From contig MU058441.1 in the NCBI GenBank assembly GCA_013265495.1, positions 248,001 to 312,000 of the forward strand: 64,000 bases of DNA, in the 5' to 3' direction. Shown in pieces: positions 49,301 to 64,000 of the stretch. The notes under the pieces are model-generated. The model was not told the origin of the DNA and searched no databases. It saw only the letters and a list, made by a program, of their open reading frames with translations. Position numbers and translations under genes: made by a program. Source of the DNA: Vicugna vicugna. Lineage: Eukaryota. Every line of letters starts with the position of its first letter. The first letter of the stretch is position 1.

Positions 49301-52204
49301 GCTGTGTCCCAGGCACTGGCTGGCTGTGTTACGTCTGTGGAGTGTCGAATGAGCTGCCCTGTTGAAATTGCTGGATGTTGAATCACGAGATGAAGGATGA
49401 CATTAGCTGAGGCCAGGGCTTTGGCCCTTACGTGGGAGGTCTATCTGGAGGGAACACTGGGACCCCCTTCTCTGAGTTCTCCAGCAGCACGTCTGCCTCC
49501 ACACACAAAGCCCAACAAAGGAGCCTTTGGGCTGGATGACCGGGGACGAAGCGAGCTGTGGCCAGACTACGCAAATGAGCATAGTGGAGGAACACTGCCA
49601 AGCGAGAATGCATGGAGTGTTTATGCAAAGTGTCTCCACGTGCGTTATCCCGTAGCCTCTTGACAGCCAATGAAAAGCTATTATTAGCTCCATTTCATAG
49701 ATGAGAAAACTGAGGCTGGGATAATTAGGAAGGCTGCACAGGTCTGACCCCAGGCAAGTCTGACCCCAAAGCCCGGAACTTGACTGCAATGCCAGGCTGC
49801 GTGGTGGAGAAGGTGCTGGGGCGAGCCCGTCCATCCCCAGGTCCACCCCGGGGTCTGCTTCCTCTCTGAGCCTGGGACTCCTTGCCTTACCTGTAGGCCT
49901 TCCTCAGAAAAGGTGTAGATGTCAGACATCTGCAAGTCTCTGCAAATTGGATCAACTTCTGAACTTACTCAGCGCTGGAAGGGATCTGTGGGTGCTCTTT
50001 TGTGAAATGAGTGATTACAACCTTTTGTGTGAGCCTGGGTTGTTAAAAGGAGACCACGCCTGCAAACTGGCCTGGTCTTTTTCTTTTTGTATCTGTCGCT
50101 GTCTCTTCATCTCTCTCAGTTCCCATGTCCCCAGCTCCATCACCTGGAGGCAGCAGGAGTCACCGCCCAGGATCCCTGACAGGCAGGCGCTCAGCTCTGC
50201 TAGCCCAGGGCTGGCGGTGGCCGCCAGGATGCAGACGGACCCTCTGCTGACCATAGGGTGGGTCGGCTCAGGTCTGAGGCTGTGGCTGAAGCTCCGCCTG
50301 CTCCTGGTCTCCCCCCCTCCCCCGCCACACCAAGTGGGGCGTTTCCTAGAGCAGGTCGAGAGGTCAGCCCCTCCCTGGCTGAACCCACCCACCGAGACCC
50401 TTTGTCTCCCTCCTCCCTCCTGGAGAGGTGGAGCTTGCAGATCTGCAGCCTGGGCCTGTTGTCTCCAGGGCTTGGGAGGTGCAGAGAGGAGGGGATTCTT
50501 CTCGACACCTGCCTGATGTGTCCTCCAGGGGGCGTTTTCCAGTCCACACAGACAGACATGACACACTCTGCTGCCTAAGGCTCCTGCTGTGACCTCAGCC
50601 TGGTGAGATTAGGGCACACATGGGGGATGTTGGCAGGTGTCTCAAGGCTGCCTGAAATTCAGGCCTCTGGGGAGTGGGTTTGGGGCGGGAATATCCTTTT
50701 TACTGCCTTGCATCCCACCCCGCGCCCCTGGCCCCATCTCCCCTTGCTGTTCTGCTCCCCGCACACAACCAGTTTCAAAGGTCCCTCCTGGGACTGTTGC
50801 CGCTTCAGGCTCTGCTTGTTCCAGCCGCCGTCAGAGGAAGAGCTGAGGTCAATGATGAGGGTGGGCTGGCTCTTGACGCTACAAGGAACGTTGAGCTGGA
50901 AGGCAGCCTGTTAGCCCTCCCAGACTCCCAGGCTGTGGGGCACCCTGAGTGAGCCCTATGGGTTCAAGGTCACCCACCTGGAGGCCAAGGCAATGCTGGG
51001 TTCTGCAGGGCTCCAGGCTTGGTAGGAGGAGGCAGGATGCCTGACTCCACTCAGCTATACTGTGCTTTGTGGGCTCCACACGCCAGGCAGGATCCCCTTC
51101 TTTGTGACTAGGGGGCCAGGGCCGACTTGTGGTCTGGGGTCACTCCAAGGGCTGTAGCCAGACTTGGCAGAACATCGCTGATGCCCCCCTGAGTTTAGAT
51201 GGTGCCCAAGCTTGTCACCACTCCTTGACCCTGCCAGGGTCTCTTGCCTCCGAGTCCCTGCTCTGTGGCTCTCCCCACGTAGACTGTCCTCCCTCAAATG
51301 CTCCCTCTTCTCTGAACCCCTTCCCACCTCCCCATTAGAGGGACTTGCTCCTCCTTGGTGGCTTGAATCCTCTTTGTCCTTGTAGCCTGTCTGGTGGGGT
51401 TAGGGTTCCTGCCTGAGCCCGGCTCCCATATGGCCAACAGTTCCCTGGGGGCGGAGACGCCTTCCCCAGTCCTGATCCCCACTCCAGCCCCTGACTTCCC
51501 TGCCCGCTGTCCCACTGTGGGCTCTCCTGCCCTTTGAGAAAAATTTGCTAACTCAAGGCAAATGTAAACGCTTGAAATTTGGCAACAGCCTCACCCTCAG
51601 GCTTCAGAGGCAGTGAGCCAGAAGCAAGCTGGGAGGGGTGAGGGGCTGAGTCAGGAGGGGCAATTAATGCAGTCATTGAGGGAGGACGATGCTTGATTCA
51701 AGATCAGGCTTTGATGGAGGAGTGTCAGGTAGTGATGAGATTCGGATTGTGTGCTTGGGAACTTTGGGGCGCCCTTTACTTATGCTGCAAGAGCAGCCCC
51801 CTACTTGGCCTTCTGCTTCATTCATACCTGAAGCCACGAAGCCAGGTTTTCTGCCCCTTATTGGCCACGGATCCTGCTGTCCCAGGGTCAGAAGCCTGAC
51901 GTGCCTCCTGCCTCTGCCCAGGCCTGACAGGTCACGGTGACGAGAAGCCCCATCATATCAGTCACCAGTGCCCTTCCTGTCAGCAGAGCTTTCCTGCTCC
52001 ATCCCAGTCCTGCCTTGCCTGCGGGAATAGATGTGTAATTCCTGAGTGACTCCAGACTGGCAGGGCCGCCCCAGCCTTGCTCCACCCCCTTCACAGCTGT
52101 GGTCTGGGCCGCGAGGGAGGGCTCAGAGTCTCCTCTGATGCTCTGGCCTTGGAGGCAGGTGGCCTGGTTGCTGCTGGGAGAAAGAATCGCATGACAAAAA
52201 CAAG

Positions 52205-52430
52205 AATAGTTAATAGAAGTCACCCTTTATTGAGTTCTTTCTGAGCCTTGGGCCTTGTTCTAGCCCTTTCTGTGTGTTCTGTCATTTAAACCCCATCATT
52301 AACCCTTGCAAGATGGGTTTATTATGCACATTTAATAATGGGGAAACTGAGGCTTGGGAGAAATGATTTGCCCAAGGTCATACGGCCAGATGTGGGTGAG
52401 GCTGTCCGACACCCAGGTCTGCAGTGTATA
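52205..52430. mobile_element. MIR
   Basis: atggggaaactgaggcttgggagaaatgatttgcccaaggtcatac. Confidence 0.7.
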
Positions 52431-52789
52431 ATTTCTGGTAGGAAGCATTGAATGGGGACTTCCTCTGTCTCTGAGGGGACTTGATCCCAGATTTTGAAGG
52501 ATGGATACCAACTTTTGGGGCTGGCCACTATGGGGTTAACTGGGCCAGCCCTTGGCTTGGCTGTGGCCTTGCCTCCCAGGGGTCAAGTCTGAGCACCTGA
52601 CAGTTCATCAGGCCTTGCCACCAGCAGGGTCTCTGACTTCTCACAGCATCCTTGGGAAGTAGATCTTCTGAGGCCCATGATGGGAAGCATCAAAAACAAG
52701 AGAGGGAAGAGGTGGGACCAGAACTTCAGCCTTGGCAGCTGCCACCCCCTCTGCCTTCTCCTGGGTTGAGGTGAGGCTGCCCTGTGGGT

Positions 52790-53039
52790 GTGGGAGTGAC
52801 TCAGGCAGGGCACGTGGGTGGTAGGCGGGCACTGCAGCTGTGGCTGGTGGGCGTGGCCTGCCTGGCGCCAAGGGCAGGTGGCCCAGCCAGTTCTACTTCT
52901 GACACCTCATTCCAGCCACCCTTCTGCCTATGATGAGAGCCTCCTGCAGCCTCAGCCATAGTCCCACTGGGGGTCCTTGGGCCCAGGACATGCGGTGATC
53001 TCAGAACAGGGGCAGCCACCACCACCCAGGCCTCACCAG
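52790..53039 (+). promoter_or_regulatory. TRPV3: TRPV3 promoter and non-coding exon 1 (start approximate)
   Basis: AP-1 TGACTCA 52797, E-box CACGTG 52811, GC boxes; exon ends CAG|gtgagt at 53039; gacatgcggtgatctcag...cctcaccag|ccATG matches the human TRPV3 5'UTR as I recall it. Confidence 0.8.
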
Positions 53040-54367
53040 GTGAGTCCTCGCTGCACAGGCCACCAGTGCCCTCTAAGGCCCCAGGAAGCCCTGAACGAGG
53101 ACCCTTTGGGCCATGTCTGCCCTTTGCTGACAGGCCTTGGGGCAGGCTGGGAGGGAGCCTGGGTCTCTAACAGGAGAAACAAAGTTGGATGTGAGCTCTT
53201 GGCCACAGGGACTGTGTGAGAGCACAGGTTCCGAGGGACTGGGAAACTGTCCCTGAGGTTTGGGGATCTCGGGGAGGGAGGACAGTCACGGGGAGGATCC
53301 TGTCTCCCGAGCAGGCCCCAGGGACGTGGCTCTCCGGGGCAGCAACGTGATGGGAGCTCAGGATGGGGTGAGGTGGCCCCAGAGCGATGGGGCCCAGGCA
53401 TCTCACAGGGGCTGAGCCAGCAAGCTATGGGGTGGGGGGAGGTGGCCTGTGGCCCCCAGGGCCTGGTTTGTCTCCCAGGAGAGGCCGTTCCAGTCAGTAC
53501 CAGGACTTGGGAGGCCCTTCTCAGGTGAGGAAGCCCAGTCCCAGGGCCAGGCCCGTGAGAGAGTCCAGCAGGTGAGAACGCAGGTTTACAGGGTGACTCA
53601 GGGAGCTAATGACAGCTGCTGCAGTCCCAGCCAGGCTCTCCTGCCCCTCTCCTGTCCCAGCTGCCCAGGGCTGTCCTGCACTCACTGGCCAGGGCAGAGA
53701 GGCTGGAGCAGCCAGCTGTCTTGGGTGAGAGACATAGGGTCCTTGGGAGACATACCTGTTCCACTTCCCGGTGCTTCCCTTCAAGCCCCACACAGGATCC
53801 AGCCCATCAGCAAAGCAGGTCTGGATGGAGAGGGGTGAGGCTCAGCTGCTCCCTCCAGGTGACAAGGGAGTCCAATGGACAGCCAGCCATGAGGCTGGTT
53901 ATAGCCAGCTTTGGGTGAGAAAGATGATCAGTGTGTTAGCTGCAGAGAGCACCAGGGGACTGAGAAATTCAAAAGCCAGAGAAGCCTGAGGCTGTGTCAC
54001 TAGGTGCATAGTGTCTAGAGTAAAGAAGGTGACAGTCCTCCTCCGTCCAGGAGAATTCTGAACACAAAACCTGAGAGAGACATTGAAACAGCAAAGCTAA
54101 TACTGATGAGTCCCCCTGGAGATTGGTGGGGCTGGGGGTGATGGCTGGGGAGAGGTCAAGGTCACGGTGATTTCTACCCAGAAGCTCTGCTGGGCTCTCC
54201 TAGGACCCACAGGAGCAGGGGAAGCTGTGGGGACAATCTCCCTGTCTCTGGGAAGGCAGAGTGAGCTCCTTGTCCCAGGGGGTGTGAACACAGGGGTCTG
54301 AAGCCCCTTCTGAAGTTCCTCCATGTCCCCTCAACCCGAGCACCTGCTTTGTGATTGTGTTCCAGCC

Positions 54368-63095
<8,728 letters not shown>

Positions 63096-64000
63096 TGAGA
63101 GGGGCTGTGCAGGCAGGGATTTCAAAGTGGGGTGGGCCATGCCACACACAGGCACTGCTGTCCCCGAAGCCCACAGCACTTAGCATGGTGCCCGGCACCT
63201 TCATTTATTCTGTAAACAATCTTGAGCACTGACCAGCTGCTTTGCAGTAATTTTGGCCCTGGGACACGTGGGTAAATAAGACAGATGAAGGCCACTGCTC
63301 TAAAGGTAATTTTAGATGGAAGATGCTATGAAAAAAAAAGGTAATTGTTACCAAAAAGTGACTGGCGGTGGGCAACTTTAGAGTGGACGGTCAGGGAGGT
63401 GACCTTGATCTGAAGTTTGTATAATACGAAGGATCCAGAACAAGAAAAAAGCGGAAGCCCAAGCTGCGACTAAGCTTGGCACAACTGAGTGATAGAAAGA
63501 AGGCAGGAGATGAGGTTAGAGAGCTGGGCGGGGCCAATACATGGCAACAGTTAGTAACATCACCTTCATCATCATCATCATCACTGTTATTAACCACCCA
63601 ATTTGGGTCTTAGTTTTGTGGCTTCTGTCTTAGGTGGGCAGGAGAGGATACAGGGAGACCAAATTTGGGATAGTGTTTCTTTGCTCAGGAAATTTGTTAT
63701 GAATAATCAGTAAGGTGTGTCTTTGTTTTTGGAGTCAGTAGACATCCTGTTAGGATCTTATGAGGTGCTTGTGGCCAAAATGATTGGCTCAGGAATAAGT
63801 GGATGCCATCTTGCTGATATGCTGGGGGTGTTAAGCATCTCAGCTTTTTGCAGATGGGAGTCTGAATTGGGCTCTTAACTTTCCTCATGGGCGAAAGTCA
63901 GTTTATTTATATTTATTTATTTGCTCCTTGCAGACTTTCAAAAGTGTTTTTATTATATACAAGGAAAAGCCAAGAATTACAAAAAAAACCTGAAGATTAT

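Noticed and set aside
49947..50566. Overlapping 189/183-aa ORFs between TRPV1 and TRPV3
   Set aside because: No recognisable domain; expected by chance in GC-rich DNA

Overview
Mammalian genomic DNA (no prokaryotic features), most likely a camelid, based on the SINE family and TRPV1 residues. Three spliced genes lie head-to-tail on the + strand. SHPK (sedoheptulokinase) has exons 2-7 here, with exon 1 upstream of the window. TRPV1 is complete: a non-coding first exon plus 15 coding exons, 2517 nt = 838 aa, numbering collinear with rat. TRPV3 has a non-coding exon 1 and its first five coding exons, and runs off the right edge. All exon joins were checked for GT-AG and phase. The rest is introns and intergenic DNA with tRNA-derived SINEs, L1 fragments (some nested), MIR/L2, MaLR LTRs, hAT MITEs, one ERV solo LTR and a 100-N gap. 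I see no wholly new gene system. The best leads are regulatory or isoform-level: an antisense ERV LTR promoter beside the TRPV1 pore exon, a candidate alternative terminal exon giving a C-terminally truncated TRPV1, an in-frame stop-free intron in the ankyrin domain, unusual substitutions at conserved TRPV1 positions, and several tandem TF-motif arrays. Orthologue comparisons are from memory and need checking by alignment.
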